From the NCBI GenBank assembly GCA_051955985.1, contig JBQCGD010000039.1:1137-65136 (forward strand): a stretch of 64,000 nucleotides of DNA, given 5' to 3'. Origin of the DNA: Phycisphaerae bacterium (lineage in GTDB: Bacteria; Planctomycetota; Phycisphaerae; WQYP01). A program made the translations under genes and the position numbers. Of this stretch, positions 10,707 to 21,118 are shown one piece after another; within the stretch, counting starts at the first letter, position 1, and every line of letters starts with the position of its first letter. Below the pieces are notes generated by a model. It was given only the letters and a program-made list of their open reading frames with translations, was not told the origin of the DNA and ran no database searches.

Positions 10707-12239
10707 ATGACCCTGCCCGCCTCCACCGACGCGAATTCCCTGCAGCAAGTCCGCTTTTCGCGGAGCACCGGGTTTTCCCTGCTCATCACCGGAGCCTACC
10801 TGGCGGTCGCGATCCCCCTGCTCATTCATCATTCCCTCTGGCGGGATGAAGCACACGCGTACGTCTTCGTTCGCGATACCCCGTTGCGCGAAATGCTCGC
10901 ATCACTCCGCTACTTCGGCCATCCGCCCCTCTGGTACTTGTTGCTCTATCTTCTTAAATTCATTTACGCCGGGCCCGAGGCAATGCAGTGGCTGCATATC
11001 CTCCTCGCCGCAACCACCGTCTTCCTCGTCGCCCACTATTCCCCTTTTCCGCCGCTCGCGCGGCTGCTCTTTGCATTCGGATACTACACGCTCTTCGAAT
11101 ACGGCTTCATCTCCCGGAACTATCAGCTCGTCTTCCTCGCGGCCGTCCTGTTCTGCATCGTCCGCACGCGAAACCCCCGGGGATATATATCGCAGGGAAT
11201 CGCCATCGCGCTCCTCTGCATGTCGCACGTCCTCGGCATCATCATCGCGGCGGGACTCGGCGTCATGCTGGTGTATGAAGCGGTGGCGACCGCAAGCGAA
11301 CGCGAATATGTGAAGCAGCGCTCCGGGAGGTTCGCAGCAGGGCTGGCAATCGCTGCGGGATTCGCCGCCATTTCTGTCGCGACCATCATGCCCCCGCGCG
11401 ATCTCGGGTTCGCGCCGGACTGGCACACGCAATTGAATTTCCCGCAATTTGCTCAAACGGTGCGGGCGCTGGCCGACGCATACCTGCCGCTGCCGCCATG
11501 GCAGGAGCATTTCTGGAACCAAAGCCTCCTGCAGCCGTGGGCACAGGATGTCGCGGGCGCACTGTTGCTGCTTGCGCTGCTCGCCGCAGTGTGGCGACAC
11601 CGCGGAGTGTTTCTGTTCCTGCTGATCAGCAGCGTGGGAATTCTCGCTTTCTTCTATACCCGGTACTTTGGCTTCTGGCGCCACCACGGAATGTTGTTCG
11701 TCGCTGCCACCGCCGCGCTCTGGCTCGCCTGGAAACCGCCACGGGAACCATCCCACGGCAAGCCGACATGGGACCAACGGACCTTGCGGGCGGTCTTGTT
11801 CACGATGCTCGCAATCCACACCTACGCCGCTGTCGTCGCCGTTTACTTCTGTTCCCACTATCCCTTTAACAAATCCAAAGAAGCCGCGGCATTTTTGAAC
11901 GCGGCCGTCCCGCCCGATGAAACCGTGATCGTCCGAAACGACATCACCGTCCAATCGCTGGCAGCTTACGCCCCGGGCAGACAATTCTTCCTGCCGCGGG
12001 GCAGCCGCTGGGGAACCTACACCCACTGGCGGAATGACTTTTCAAAACACGACGCGGCGACATGGGCGAATCTGTTCGCCGCAAAGGAAGGCCGCCCCGT
12101 CATACTCGTCCTCGACCAGCCCGAAGAGATCCTCGGCCCCCGGACTGCCTTCCTCGCAGGGTTCGGCGGCGGAATCGTGGACGACGAGTGGTTTTACTTC
12201 TACCGCGTGGAGCCCCCTGCTCCCGCCACGACCCGGTGA
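10707..12239 (+). CDS. GT-C fold glycosyltransferase-like polytopic membrane protein (ArnT/PMT-like N-terminal loop)
   Basis: Multiple TM helices. Loop SLWRDEAHAYVFVRD...LRYFGHPPLWY resembles the ArnT LWxPDExRYAEI...LRYFEKP region. Paralog of 15292..16848. Confidence 0.65.
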   Translation: MTLPASTDANSLQQVRFSRSTGFSLLITGAYLAVAIPLLIHHSLWRDEAHAYVFVRDTPLREMLASLRYFGHPPLWYLLLYLLKFIYAGPEAMQWLHILLAATTVFLVAHYSPFPPLARLLFAFGYYTLFEYGFISRNYQLVFLAAVLFCIVRTRNPRGYISQGIAIALLCMSHVLGIIIAAGLGVMLVYEAVATASEREYVKQRSGRFAAGLAIAAGFAAISVATIMPPRDLGFAPDWHTQLNFPQFAQTVRALADAYLPLPPWQEHFWNQSLLQPWAQDVAGALLLLALLAAVWRHRGVFLFLLISSVGILAFFYTRYFGFWRHHGMLFVAATAALWLAWKPPREPSHGKPTWDQRTLRAVLFTMLAIHTYAAVVAVYFCSHYPFNKSKEAAAFLNAAVPPDETVIVRNDITVQSLAAYAPGRQFFLPRGSRWGTYTHWRNDFSKHDAATWANLFAAKEGRPVILVLDQPEEILGPRTAFLAGFGGGIVDDEWFYFYRVEPPAPATTR

Positions 12240-12244
12240 ATACC

Positions 12245-13033
12245 CTAGTTCCCGTCGAAGGCTTGCCAGATCTTGTCCTGGGTGGCGTTGTAAGTGGGGC
12301 TCGGAGGATTGACGGTCTCCGGCCACTGCGCCGCCGGCTGCTTGAATTCGCCGAGGGGGACCCAGTGGGCAGAACCGTCCGCATACAGCACGTTGTTGCC
12401 CGTGACGTGCCCCGTCGCGACGCGGTTCGCCGCGGCGGTGAGGTCCGCAAAGATCGCCGCGTTCTGGAAATCATGAAGCCGCGGAAGGAGCGGCGGCTGG
12501 AGCATGCCCGGATTCGCGAGGTCATCCGGAATCTGCTTCCCGCCGTGATCCGGATCGTTCGCCAGCGGCGACGGCCGCGTGCAATAGCCCGCCTGGATGT
12601 TCGCCGTCGGTGCGATGCCCGGCAGCGGCCACGGGTTGTCGGCCGTGTTCAACATGAACTTGCTGTTCGTCTGCGATGGACAGTAAAGCAGCTTCGGCGT
12701 TTTGATGTAGGGTGACTTCGTGTAGTCATTGGTGATGAACAGCCCGAAGAGAACCCACCGCCCCGCCGTCGCCGAGTAAATCATGGAGTTGAACTGCTTC
12801 GAAACCGTGCGGTAGCCGATGGGAACCTCGTCGTCGTTTTCCTGGGCATATTCGACGAATGCGAGGTCGATCTGATGCAGGTTGCTGAGACAGGCGGAAC
12901 GTTTGGCGCGCTCGCGAACCACGGCAAGCGAAGGAAGCAGGATGGCAATAAGAAGCGCGATGATCGCGACGACCACGAGCAGTTCGATGAGCGTGAATGC
13001 GCCGGAAGAGGATGTGCGCGCGCCGGGGCTCAA
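12245..13033 (-). CDS. DUF1559 / H-X9-DG prepilin-type N-terminal domain protein (pseudopilin-like)
   Basis: [27 protein letters not shown]-terminus. C-terminal [10 protein letters not shown]. Start codon overlaps the stop of the upstream cytochrome c gene (ATGA). Confidence 0.8.
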   Translation of the reverse strand: MSPGARTSSSGAFTLIELLVVVAIIALLIAILLPSLAVVRERAKRSACLSNLHQIDLAFVEYAQENDDEVPIGYRTVSKQFNSMIYSATAGRWVLFGLFITNDYTKSPYIKTPKLLYCPSQTNSKFMLNTADNPWPLPGIAPTANIQAGYCTRPSPLANDPDHGGKQIPDDLANPGMLQPPLLPRLHDFQNAAIFADLTAAANRVATGHVTGNNVLYADGSAHWVPLGEFKQPAAQWPETVNPPSPTYNATQDKIWQAFDGN

Positions 13034-13725
13034 GGATGCTCCGAAGGCGTGGGTTTGTCGCGAGCGCCCTGCTTTTTTCCACCACTGCCGCCGCCCGCCT
13101 CATGTGGGTGATTGCGCTTCTCCGGCGGTGGAATCGGGTCCGTATTGGAATACATGGCCTGGGCGGGATGCAGCGTCGTGGTCCTGCCGTCGACTTCGGC
13201 AGTAATCGTCACGTCGCCCGGTCTCGTGCCGGCTGGGAGCGTGGCCGTCCAGTTCCAGTCGGAAACGTCGGCGGAAATCTCGCGACCGCCCACGTGAATC
13301 GTCACCTTGGCATCCACCATCACCTCCCCGGACCACTTGTCGCCATCGATCGCCGTCACCGAGAGGTACGGGTTCCCCATGATCAGCGCGCGGTGAAACG
13401 CCGTTTCTGTATCCAGGTCGCGACCCTGGATCGGATCCTGCGACGGACCCGCGGCCATGTCGGCGCACGCTTTGATCAGCCCCGCATCATCCAGGTGACG
13501 CCCCAGCGAAGGCCCGTACGACGCGCCCTCCGGACCGTGGCACTTCGCACAGTCGTTGTCGTAATAGGTCATCGCGGCGAACGCGGGGGCGTTCACCGGA
13601 CGCTCAGCCGGCAGCGTCGCAGGAGAGACTGCCGGCGCGGCATCCGCTGCAACAAGCAGCAGTGCCGCCGTAGACAATGCGGCGGCGCCGGCGAGTACAT
13701 ACGCAACGCGATCCTGGCGAATCAT
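13030..13725 (-). CDS. cytochrome c domain protein (single CxxCH)
   Basis: Signal-peptide-like N-terminus. Heme-binding [13 protein letters not shown] overlap with upstream dehydrogenase stop and with downstream DUF1559 start. Confidence 0.7.
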   Translation of the reverse strand: MIRQDRVAYVLAGAAALSTAALLLVAADAAPAVSPATLPAERPVNAPAFAAMTYYDNDCAKCHGPEGASYGPSLGRHLDDAGLIKACADMAAGPSQDPIQGRDLDTETAFHRALIMGNPYLSVTAIDGDKWSGEVMVDAKVTIHVGGREISADVSDWNWTATLPAGTRPGDVTITAEVDGRTTTLHPAQAMYSNTDPIPPPEKRNHPHEAGGGSGGKKQGARDKPTPSEHP

Positions 13726-15089
13726 TTGCCCGCAACCTTCGAAAGGCGATAAACGCGGCCATTCGGCTCATCGACCGAAAACAGGAGATTGTCCGTGCCC
13801 GGCTCTTCGATGATGTCCACGGGCCGCCCGTAAAAGCCCCCTCGGTCCGTGCGGGCAACGTTGTGGTTCATCAGGCAATCGACGATCTCATATCCCTGCT
13901 TCGGGTGGCCGGCGGCATCAAACTCCAGCTTGCCGATGCAATACCCCTGCTTGATGTCGTGATTCCAACTGCCGTGAAATCCAATGTACATGTCGCCGCG
14001 GTGTCCAAGCGCAGAATCCTTGTTGAGCCACGTCCAGCCGCATGCCGCCCAGTGTGCAGGAAACATGTACGCAGGCTGCACCGCCACCGCCTTCATCGCT
14101 TCAAGATTGGGATATTCCGGCGGCTGCGGATTCGCAACGATCCGGTCCCGCGCGATTCTTCCAAGATCGTAATACTCCGGCCGCACGATGTTGGCATCGA
14201 GCAGGTACGGATGCCCGTAAAACTTGCCCTGCTCATAGTGATTCACTTCCTCCCCCGGAATGCGATCAGTGATCGGCTGATCAACCCCGATCTGATCGCC
14301 CAGCAACTTGCCGAAATTGTCCGACCCCTGGTCGCATCCCCAGATCTCATGCGTGCCGGGACGAAATAGCAGCTTCTCGGTATTCCGGACGCCCGAGCAG
14401 AAAAGCGTCTTCGGCCGCCCGTCGAAATAGTACTTCCAGATTTTTTCGCGCTCTTCCGCGTGTGGCTCGCTGTCCTGCTGCTTCGCCAGGATCTTCTTGT
14501 CGTTCAGATCCGAGAAATTTTCGTGGTCGCCGACGCCGGTGTAAAAACCGTCAGAATCCACAAGGATCGGACGCCACCAGTGCCCCCCCCCGCCGGGCAC
14601 CGACCCTTCCGGGAGAATCACAGTGGTGTCCGTCAGCTTGCTGCCGTCTTCCACCGGCTTGGCTTTGTAGATGCCGTGGGACGTCGTGTACCAGAGCCAC
14701 CCGTCCACGAACTCCATGTTGTGCAGCCCCGAGATCTTGCGCGGATCCACTTTCACCACGACCGCCACTTTCTTGTACGTGCCGTCCGGCTGCTTCTTGA
14801 ACGAGGTGATCGTCCCGTACTTATGCGAGGAAACATACAGCGTCCCGAAATCGTCGAACTGCAGGAATCGCACCTCCGTGCGGCGGTATTCATCCGTCAC
14901 GGCTTCGACGCGATAGCCCGCCTGGATCTTGAATTCCGGAACGCCGGGCCCGCGCTCGCCCGTCGTCTCCATGGGCGGTATCCGTTTAGCGCTCGAGACG
15001 ATCTCGGGATGCGCATCGGCGCCGAAAAGGGCAGCCGCCGGCAGAAGAACGGCAACGGCGGCCAGGGAAAACGGAATCGAATGCGGCAC
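13722..15089 (-). CDS. PQQ-dependent sugar (glucose/sorbosone) dehydrogenase-like beta-propeller protein, secreted
   Basis: Start taken as GTG with AAGGAG + 6 nt (signal peptide VPHSIPFSLAAVAVLLPAAALFGADA). Motifs GKFYGHPY and GRVYRL. First gene of a 3-gene operon with cytochrome c and pseudopilin. Confidence 0.65.
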   Translation of the reverse strand: MPHSIPFSLAAVAVLLPAAALFGADAHPEIVSSAKRIPPMETTGERGPGVPEFKIQAGYRVEAVTDEYRRTEVRFLQFDDFGTLYVSSHKYGTITSFKKQPDGTYKKVAVVVKVDPRKISGLHNMEFVDGWLWYTTSHGIYKAKPVEDGSKLTDTTVILPEGSVPGGGGHWWRPILVDSDGFYTGVGDHENFSDLNDKKILAKQQDSEPHAEEREKIWKYYFDGRPKTLFCSGVRNTEKLLFRPGTHEIWGCDQGSDNFGKLLGDQIGVDQPITDRIPGEEVNHYEQGKFYGHPYLLDANIVRPEYYDLGRIARDRIVANPQPPEYPNLEAMKAVAVQPAYMFPAHWAACGWTWLNKDSALGHRGDMYIGFHGSWNHDIKQGYCIGKLEFDAAGHPKQGYEIVDCLMNHNVARTDRGGFYGRPVDIIEEPGTDNLLFSVDEPNGRVYRLSKVAGK

Positions 15090-15291
15090 GAGTTTCTCCT
15101 TGGCGGATGAAAAAGTCGCAGCAGCGAGAAGCGCTGCATCTTCGGTGGGAGGCCAACGAGGATGCAAGGGATTTAATGCTACCCGTGAGAAAACTTTTCC
15201 CAATTTTCGGAACCGCGGTGCCTGCCACATTTTTTTAACAAAGATTCGTTATCCCGCGGAAACGTCCCTGAACTCCGTCCGAGGGAAAGCG

Positions 15292-16848
15292 ATGAGTTCC
15301 TCTGTGGCTGGCTCTCCACCCGCCGCGGCAGCGTTGAACATGCCGGTGCGCAAAACACGCTGGCCATCTCCATTTGCGCCGTGGAACGCCCTTACCCTCC
15401 TCTACCTCCTGGTCGCGGGCCTCCTCGTGGCACGCCATGGATTGTGGCGCGATGAGGCCCAGGCTTTTCTCATTGCCCGCGACAGCCCCTCCATCGGCGA
15501 ACTCCTCTACAACCTCCGCTTTGAAGGTCACCCGCCCTTGTGGCATCTGCTTCTCTGGGTGCTCACACGCATGACGCAGCGGCCCGAAGCAATGCAGTGG
15601 CTGCACCTCGCCCTAGCCGCGACCACCGTGTGGCTTGTCGTGCGATTCGCTCCCTTTCCCAAACTCGCAAAGGTGCTCTTCCCCTTCGGCTATTTTCCGC
15701 TTTTTGAGTACGGCGTGCTGGCGCGCAATTATCAGTTGTTTCTCCTGCTCTCCCTCCTCTTTTGCGTCGTGTGGGTGCAGCGGCGAACGGCGTATGTGCG
15801 CCTCGGCCTCATCCTGGCCCTGCTGGCCATGAGCCATGTCTGCGGAACCATCCTCGCCGCCGCATTGGGGCTGATGCTCGTGATCGATTCAACAACCGTG
15901 CGGGCACCGAGCGGGAGACGCGGGTTCCTGTCCTGGGGATTTGTCGCAGGCGCGTGTATCGCCATCGCCGGTGCCGCCATCGCCGTGCAGGTGATGAAGC
16001 CCAAGCCGGGAGGGACTTTCGCCCAAGGATGGAATTGGAGCTTCAAGAGCGACCGCATTGAGCACACCATGCGGGCCATGCCCGACGCCATCCTGCCGCT
16101 CTCCCCCTGGCAGGAGAAGTTCTGGAATGAGCAGGTGATCCAGGACGACGCGGTGGCGGCAAAGGTGGGCTGGGCGTGTGCCGCAATCGGATTGCTCTGC
16201 GTCCTCAATTCGTGGCGGGCCCTCCTCTTCCTGGTGGTAAGCGATGCCGGATTGCTGCTGTTTTTTCACGTGAAACTTTTCGGAGAACGGCGGCACCATG
16301 GGGCCTTGTTCGTCGCCCTCCTCGCCGCGTTGTGGATCGCCTGGAGCGCGCGACCTCAGGTGGTCAAGGAATGGCGCTGGTGGCGAAAAGGACTTTGGTG
16401 GGTGCCGCGCGCCGCCTTCATCGGATTGCTCGCCCTGCACGTGTATGCCGCGGCAATTCCCGCCTATGAATGCTGGACGCACACCTTTTCACCCGCAAAA
16501 CAAGCTGCCGCGCTGATTCGCCGCGAACTGAAGCCGGGCGACATCGTCGTCTCCGGAAACCAGATCATCACGACCTCCGTCGCCGCTTATTTGCCCGGAG
16601 TGAAAATGTATTTCCCGGAGCCCGGCCGATGGGGCACTTTCACGCTCTGGGACAACACACCCTGGGGCGACGCCAACGCCCTGCAGATCCTCGCCTTCGC
16701 CTGGAAGCAGAAGCACCCGGTCATCGTGGTGCGCTGCTGGGCCGGCGGCAGGATCCTGGGGGCAAAGGAGCTCGGGGAGTTCAAGGAAGGAATCGCCGAT
16801 TCGGAAATGTATTCCGTGCAGCGAATCGACCCGGCGCCGAAGAAATGA
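15292..16848 (+). CDS. GT-C fold glycosyltransferase-like membrane protein, paralog of 10707..12239
   Basis: ATG 15292 (MSSSVAGSPP...). Region LWRDEAQAFLIARDSP...LRFEGHPPLWHLLLW...EAMQWLH...LFEYG...RNYQL is co-linear with the paralog. Track ORF start 14929 is an over-extension overlapping the divergent gene. Confidence 0.65.
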   Translation: MSSSVAGSPPAAAALNMPVRKTRWPSPFAPWNALTLLYLLVAGLLVARHGLWRDEAQAFLIARDSPSIGELLYNLRFEGHPPLWHLLLWVLTRMTQRPEAMQWLHLALAATTVWLVVRFAPFPKLAKVLFPFGYFPLFEYGVLARNYQLFLLLSLLFCVVWVQRRTAYVRLGLILALLAMSHVCGTILAAALGLMLVIDSTTVRAPSGRRGFLSWGFVAGACIAIAGAAIAVQVMKPKPGGTFAQGWNWSFKSDRIEHTMRAMPDAILPLSPWQEKFWNEQVIQDDAVAAKVGWACAAIGLLCVLNSWRALLFLVVSDAGLLLFFHVKLFGERRHHGALFVALLAALWIAWSARPQVVKEWRWWRKGLWWVPRAAFIGLLALHVYAAAIPAYECWTHTFSPAKQAAALIRRELKPGDIVVSGNQIITTSVAAYLPGVKMYFPEPGRWGTFTLWDNTPWGDANALQILAFAWKQKHPVIVVRCWAGGRILGAKELGEFKEGIADSEMYSVQRIDPAPKK

Positions 16849-16883
16849 TGCGGCTTCTAAAGCGCCGCCTGAGGAGAACGGTC

Positions 16884-18176
16884 TTACGCCGTGAACCGCT
16901 TGATGATGATCGTGTCGTTCTGCCCCCCGAACCCGAAGGAATTGCTCATCGCAATGTCCACACGCGCGGGGCGGGCCTTGTTCGGAACGTAGTCCAGGTC
17001 GCATTCCGGATCCGGAACCGAATAGTTCGCCGTCGGCGGAATGATGTTGTCGCGAATCGCCAGGATGCACGTGATCAGTTCCACCGCGCCCGCTGCCGCA
17101 ATCAGGTGCCCCATCATCGATTTGATCGAAGACATCGGCACCTGCTTCGCATGCTCGCCGAACACCGTTTTCACCGCCAGCGTCTCCGTGGAATCGTTTT
17201 CCTTCGTCCCCGTGCCGTGCGCGTTGATGTACTGGATCTCCTTCGGCGTCATCTCGGCGTCCTTCAGCGCTTCCTTGATGGCCACGATGGCGCCCCGCCC
17301 TTCCGGATGCTGGTCCGTCACCGCAAACGCATCGCACGATGAACCGTAGCCGACCACTTCCGCGAGGATCTTCGCCCCGCGTGCCTGGGCGTGATCCAGC
17401 GATTCGAGAATGACGATGCCGGCGCCCTCGCCGAGCACAAAACCCCCGCGCGTCGCATCAAATGGCCGGCAGGCCTGGCGCGGATTCTCGTTGAACGTGG
17501 AGAGCGCCGTCAGCCGGTTGAACCCCGTCACTCCGAACGGATGGATCATCGAGTGAGCGCCCCCCGAGATCATGATCTCCGTATCGCCGCGCCGGATTAG
17601 CTCGGCCGCTTCCCCGATGGCCTGCGTCGAGGCCGCGCACGCGGTGAGGCAATTCAGGCTCGGGCCGCGGGCGTTGAACTCCATCGCCAGGTGCGTGATC
17701 GTCATCGAGGGCTCCTGCTCGATTTCGCGCATCGGGCCGAACGACTTCAGGGCAAGATTCCCCCACGTTTTGGTATCGAGCGCGCTCGCCCCCACGGGCC
17801 ACCCCGCCAGGGCGTTCGACGAAAAATTGTTGAAATCGAGGCCCCCTTCACCCGCCCCCGTGTACGTCCCCACGTTGTACGGATCCACCTTCACCTTGTC
17901 GAGACCCGCCATTTTCCAGGCCTGCGTGGCGGCGCCGAGGGCGAACTGCGTGTTCCGGCCGGCTTCCTTGTGCAGGTCGTAGGACGAGCCGATGGCGCTC
18001 CTGAAATCGTAGTTCTTCACCTCCGCCGAGAACGTCGTGGGGAACGTCGTGGCGTCGAACAGGGTGGTCGGGGCAATCCCTGACTCGCCCGCGAGAAGCC
18101 GTTTCCAGACGGTTTCAATGTCGTGGCCGAGCGGAGTGACCCAGCCGATGCCGGTGATGACGACGCGTTTACGCAT
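16884..18176 (-). CDS. fabF: beta-ketoacyl-ACP synthase II-like (catalytic KS)
   Basis: Active-site Cys (LTACAASTQA). Both catalytic His present (NAHGTGT, KSMMGHLIAAAG). Confidence 0.85.
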   Translation of the reverse strand: MRKRVVITGIGWVTPLGHDIETVWKRLLAGESGIAPTTLFDATTFPTTFSAEVKNYDFRSAIGSSYDLHKEAGRNTQFALGAATQAWKMAGLDKVKVDPYNVGTYTGAGEGGLDFNNFSSNALAGWPVGASALDTKTWGNLALKSFGPMREIEQEPSMTITHLAMEFNARGPSLNCLTACAASTQAIGEAAELIRRGDTEIMISGGAHSMIHPFGVTGFNRLTALSTFNENPRQACRPFDATRGGFVLGEGAGIVILESLDHAQARGAKILAEVVGYGSSCDAFAVTDQHPEGRGAIVAIKEALKDAEMTPKEIQYINAHGTGTKENDSTETLAVKTVFGEHAKQVPMSSIKSMMGHLIAAAGAVELITCILAIRDNIIPPTANYSVPDPECDLDYVPNKARPARVDIAMSNSFGFGGQNDTIIIKRFTA

Positions 18177-18228
18177 GTGCTTGATCCTGAGCCTTGAGTC
18201 CTGAGTCCTGGTTATGCACCGCTCGGGG

Positions 18229-19578
18229 TTAGTCCACCTTCTTCAGAATGACGGCGCTGTTCTGGCCACCAAGCGCCGTCGTGAGGACCGCCGCGTGCGC
18301 GAGGGGTTTTGATAGTTTGTTGGTGGCCAGAGGGAAGTTGTCGAGCGGATGCTGGGTGTTCGCGGTCGGCGGTATGGTTTGCGAGTGAAGCGACAGCGCA
18401 GCCGCGACAAGGTCGAGCGCCTGCGCGCCGGCGCCGCAGTCCCCGATGCCCGCGCGGGCGGCTGTGATCGTCGTGTTCGCGAGCGCCGGCCCGAAGACGG
18501 CCTTCAAGGCGTTGGCGTCACTGCGGTCCCAGTTGGGGATGCCGTAGCCCGCGGGAATCACGAGGTTCACCTGGTCTGGCGTAAGCTGGGCGTCCTTGAT
18601 GGCTTTCCGCAGAGCATAGGCGGACGCCTCGCCCGACTCGTCCACTTCGGTCACCGAAAGGGCTGCGTTCGACGAAGCCCCCAGGCCCGCCACTTCCGCA
18701 TAAATGGTCGCGCCGCGACGCTTCGCGTGCTCGTATTCTTCAATCACGAGAACGGCGCCACCCTCGGCGAGCACGCTCCCGCCGGCCTCCTTGTCGTACG
18801 GGCGGCACGCGGCCGCGGGGTTGTCGTTGTCACGGGTGTTCAGCCGGTTGAGAAGCGTCCAGCGGACGAGCCCCATCGGGTGAACCTTTGACTCGCATCC
18901 GCCGATCAGCGCCATGTCCGCGTTGCCGCGCTGAATCGTGCGGGCGGCTTCCGCCAGGGCGAGGCCCGCGGAGGCCTGGCCGCAGGTGATCGTGTTCGAG
19001 GGCCCCTGCGTGTCGTGAATGATGCTGACGTGGCACGCGAGCATGTTCGGGAGGTACTTGAGCAGCCAGAGCGGCGTCAGGTTCTCCATGCCGGAGGTTT
19101 TCCCGGGATCATCGGAGCGGCCCCACTTCGCAAGCGACAATGTGTTGTCGGGATTCCGGGCCTGGGCCATCGCGGCGGTCAGTTCATCCATGTCCGCGCA
19201 GATCAGGCCCGCGCCGATGTTGCAGCCGACCCGGGTGGGGTCCGGCTTGAACCAGTTGGCGGTCTGATCGGCCGGAAGAGAGCCGGCGATTCCCTTCGTG
19301 AGCAGCTTGGCGTCCTTGACGGCGAGATCGGCGGCAACCACCGCGAGTTCGATGTCGCGAGCCATGATTTTCGTCGCTTTTCGATACGATTTTGGTACAA
19401 ATTCCGTCGTTTTAAATGCCGGAACCTGCCCGGCGACGCGGGAAGGGAAGGCCGAAGGATCGAAGCGCGTGAGGGGCGCGATCGAGGATTTCCCCTCGAG
19501 AAGCGCATTCCAGTAGGTCGGCGCACCGAGACCGTGAGGAGAAATCGCGCCCAGACCGGTGATGACGACACGCCGCAT
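18229..19578 (-). CDS. KAS-like protein lacking both catalytic histidines (chain-length-factor-like partner of the adjacent KS)
   Basis: KAS fold with Cys region TITCGQASAG. The HGT position reads IPAGYGIP and the GHxxGAAG position reads GIGDCGAGAQ. Start taken at MRRVVITGLG; the 39-codon upstream extension in the track lacks support. Confidence 0.7.
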   Translation of the reverse strand: MRRVVITGLGAISPHGLGAPTYWNALLEGKSSIAPLTRFDPSAFPSRVAGQVPAFKTTEFVPKSYRKATKIMARDIELAVVAADLAVKDAKLLTKGIAGSLPADQTANWFKPDPTRVGCNIGAGLICADMDELTAAMAQARNPDNTLSLAKWGRSDDPGKTSGMENLTPLWLLKYLPNMLACHVSIIHDTQGPSNTITCGQASAGLALAEAARTIQRGNADMALIGGCESKVHPMGLVRWTLLNRLNTRDNDNPAAACRPYDKEAGGSVLAEGGAVLVIEEYEHAKRRGATIYAEVAGLGASSNAALSVTEVDESGEASAYALRKAIKDAQLTPDQVNLVIPAGYGIPNWDRSDANALKAVFGPALANTTITAARAGIGDCGAGAQALDLVAAALSLHSQTIPPTANTQHPLDNFPLATNKLSKPLAHAAVLTTALGGQNSAVILKKVD

Positions 19579-19660
19579 GCGTACCCTCGACAATTGTGAA
19601 AAAACGAGAGACGTATTGTAGGAAACGCTCGAGGGTAGGACAAACGCCGGACCGGATTCG

Positions 19661-20317
19661 TCAGCGGCGCCGAAGAAGCAGCAAAGCGGCAATGCCGGCG
19701 ATGCTGAGGGTGGCGGGTTCGGGGGCGTGTTCGGGGACGAAGCCGCCGAGGGAATTGCTGAAGTTGAAGGTCGTGGCGTCGAGGGTGCGGACGGTGAAGT
19801 CGTTGCTCCAAGTGTAGGCGTGGGCGTTGGTTTTGAGGATGAGGTCGGCGGTGCCGTTGTCGAGGTTGCTGTCGCCCGGTGTGAAAGAATAGTTGAAGAG
19901 GAAGGTAACCGGGTCGAAATCGTTGTAGCGGGCGATGACGGCTGGGGTTAGCTCGTTCGGGGCGGAGATGAATCCGGCCTCCTGAAGTTGGACTTCGTTG
20001 TTGATCCAGGGAACATCGAGGGAGTGAAGCATGAGACCGGCGGTGGCGGGGGTGATGTGGTAAACGAAATCGAGGGTGCCGGCGCTGTTGCGATACACCT
20101 TCGTTTCGAGGGTGCCGACGTTTTCGGAAACCGTGGAACCGTCGGAGGTTGTGATCGTTTGAGAGGAGTTGGTGAGCAAGTCGCCCGCAAGGGGAACGCT
20201 GCCGGGAGAGGTGTTGTTGTAGGCGTAGCCGCCGGGGGGCGGGGGCGGGGTTGCGCCGGCGTGGTTCACAACAAGCGCAATTGCAGCGAGTAAGGAGAGA
20301 GCTCCGCTCCGAATCAT
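19661..20317 (-). CDS. small secreted PEP-CTERM protein
   Basis: Signal peptide MIRSGALSLLAAIALVVNHAGA. C-terminal PEPATLSIAGIAALLLLRRR (PEP motif + TM + Arg tail). NNC/NNA codon class. Confidence 0.6.
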   Translation of the reverse strand: MIRSGALSLLAAIALVVNHAGATPPPPPGGYAYNNTSPGSVPLAGDLLTNSSQTITTSDGSTVSENVGTLETKVYRNSAGTLDFVYHITPATAGLMLHSLDVPWINNEVQLQEAGFISAPNELTPAVIARYNDFDPVTFLFNYSFTPGDSNLDNGTADLILKTNAHAYTWSNDFTVRTLDATTFNFSNSLGGFVPEHAPEPATLSIAGIAALLLLRRR

Positions 20318-20549
20318 GTTGTCACCTGAAGAAAGCACCAAAAAGACATGCGGCGGAATCCATTGCAAAGTGGGTGCCGATCTCCCGTAGAGCTAGACGC
20401 AGAGCGAGCTCAACTGATTCAAGGAAAGTGATTTAGTGGACGGGATTTATGAATGCGGGGAAACGCTGTGCGACAAACCGCCACCGCCACTCAGCCGTGG
20501 GTGCCGGATCGACGGTCCCCCGGGGAGGGGTTTTCGGGAAAGGGGAAGT

Positions 20550-21062
20550 TCAGGTGGGGAGTTGGACGTTGAGTTCGCGGCGGTAGGTCTCGAAGAGTTC
20601 CATGAACTGCGAATTGAACACGAAGTTGAACTCGGGGAACTTCATGCCGGACATGTTGTTGTCGATGTGCGAGAACATCATGTCGATGGTACCGACGGGG
20701 AGTTCGGCGGGTTGGGCGTTCACAGTGGTCCGGGCGGTGATCGTGCCTTCGATGGAAGCGCCTGTCTCGTTGACGTTTACGATCTTGGCGGCGTAGACGA
20801 TTTGCTCGCCGGGGCGGACGAGGCGGGAGAAGGTGGCCTTGTTGATTTTCGCGAGGATGACTTTTTCCTGGAAATTGCGGGCAGCGCCGACGAGGATGCC
20901 GGCGGTCTGGGCCATGCCTTCGATCATGAGGCTGGCGGGCATGACGGGGAAACCGGGGACGTGGTCGTGGAGGTGTTCCTCGGCGAGGGAGACGTTCTTA
21001 ACCGCTGTCGCAGCGACGTTTACCTCGAACTTTTCGAACTTGTCGATCCAGATCCAGCGCAT
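20550..21062 (-). CDS. FabZ/FabA-like hotdog-fold 3-hydroxyacyl-ACP dehydratase
   Basis: ...EEHLHDHVPGFPVMPASLMIEGMAQTAGIL... matches the FabZ catalytic region (H...P.hPG.L.hE). Confidence 0.8.
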   Translation of the reverse strand: MRWIWIDKFEKFEVNVAATAVKNVSLAEEHLHDHVPGFPVMPASLMIEGMAQTAGILVGAARNFQEKVILAKINKATFSRLVRPGEQIVYAAKIVNVNETGASIEGTITARTTVNAQPAELPVGTIDMMFSHIDNNMSGMKFPEFNFVFNSQFMELFETYRRELNVQLPT

Positions 21063-21118
21063 GGAAACTCAAAACGCGAAATTCAAAACACAAAACCTTT
21101 GGCGAGCGGGGGTTCTGT

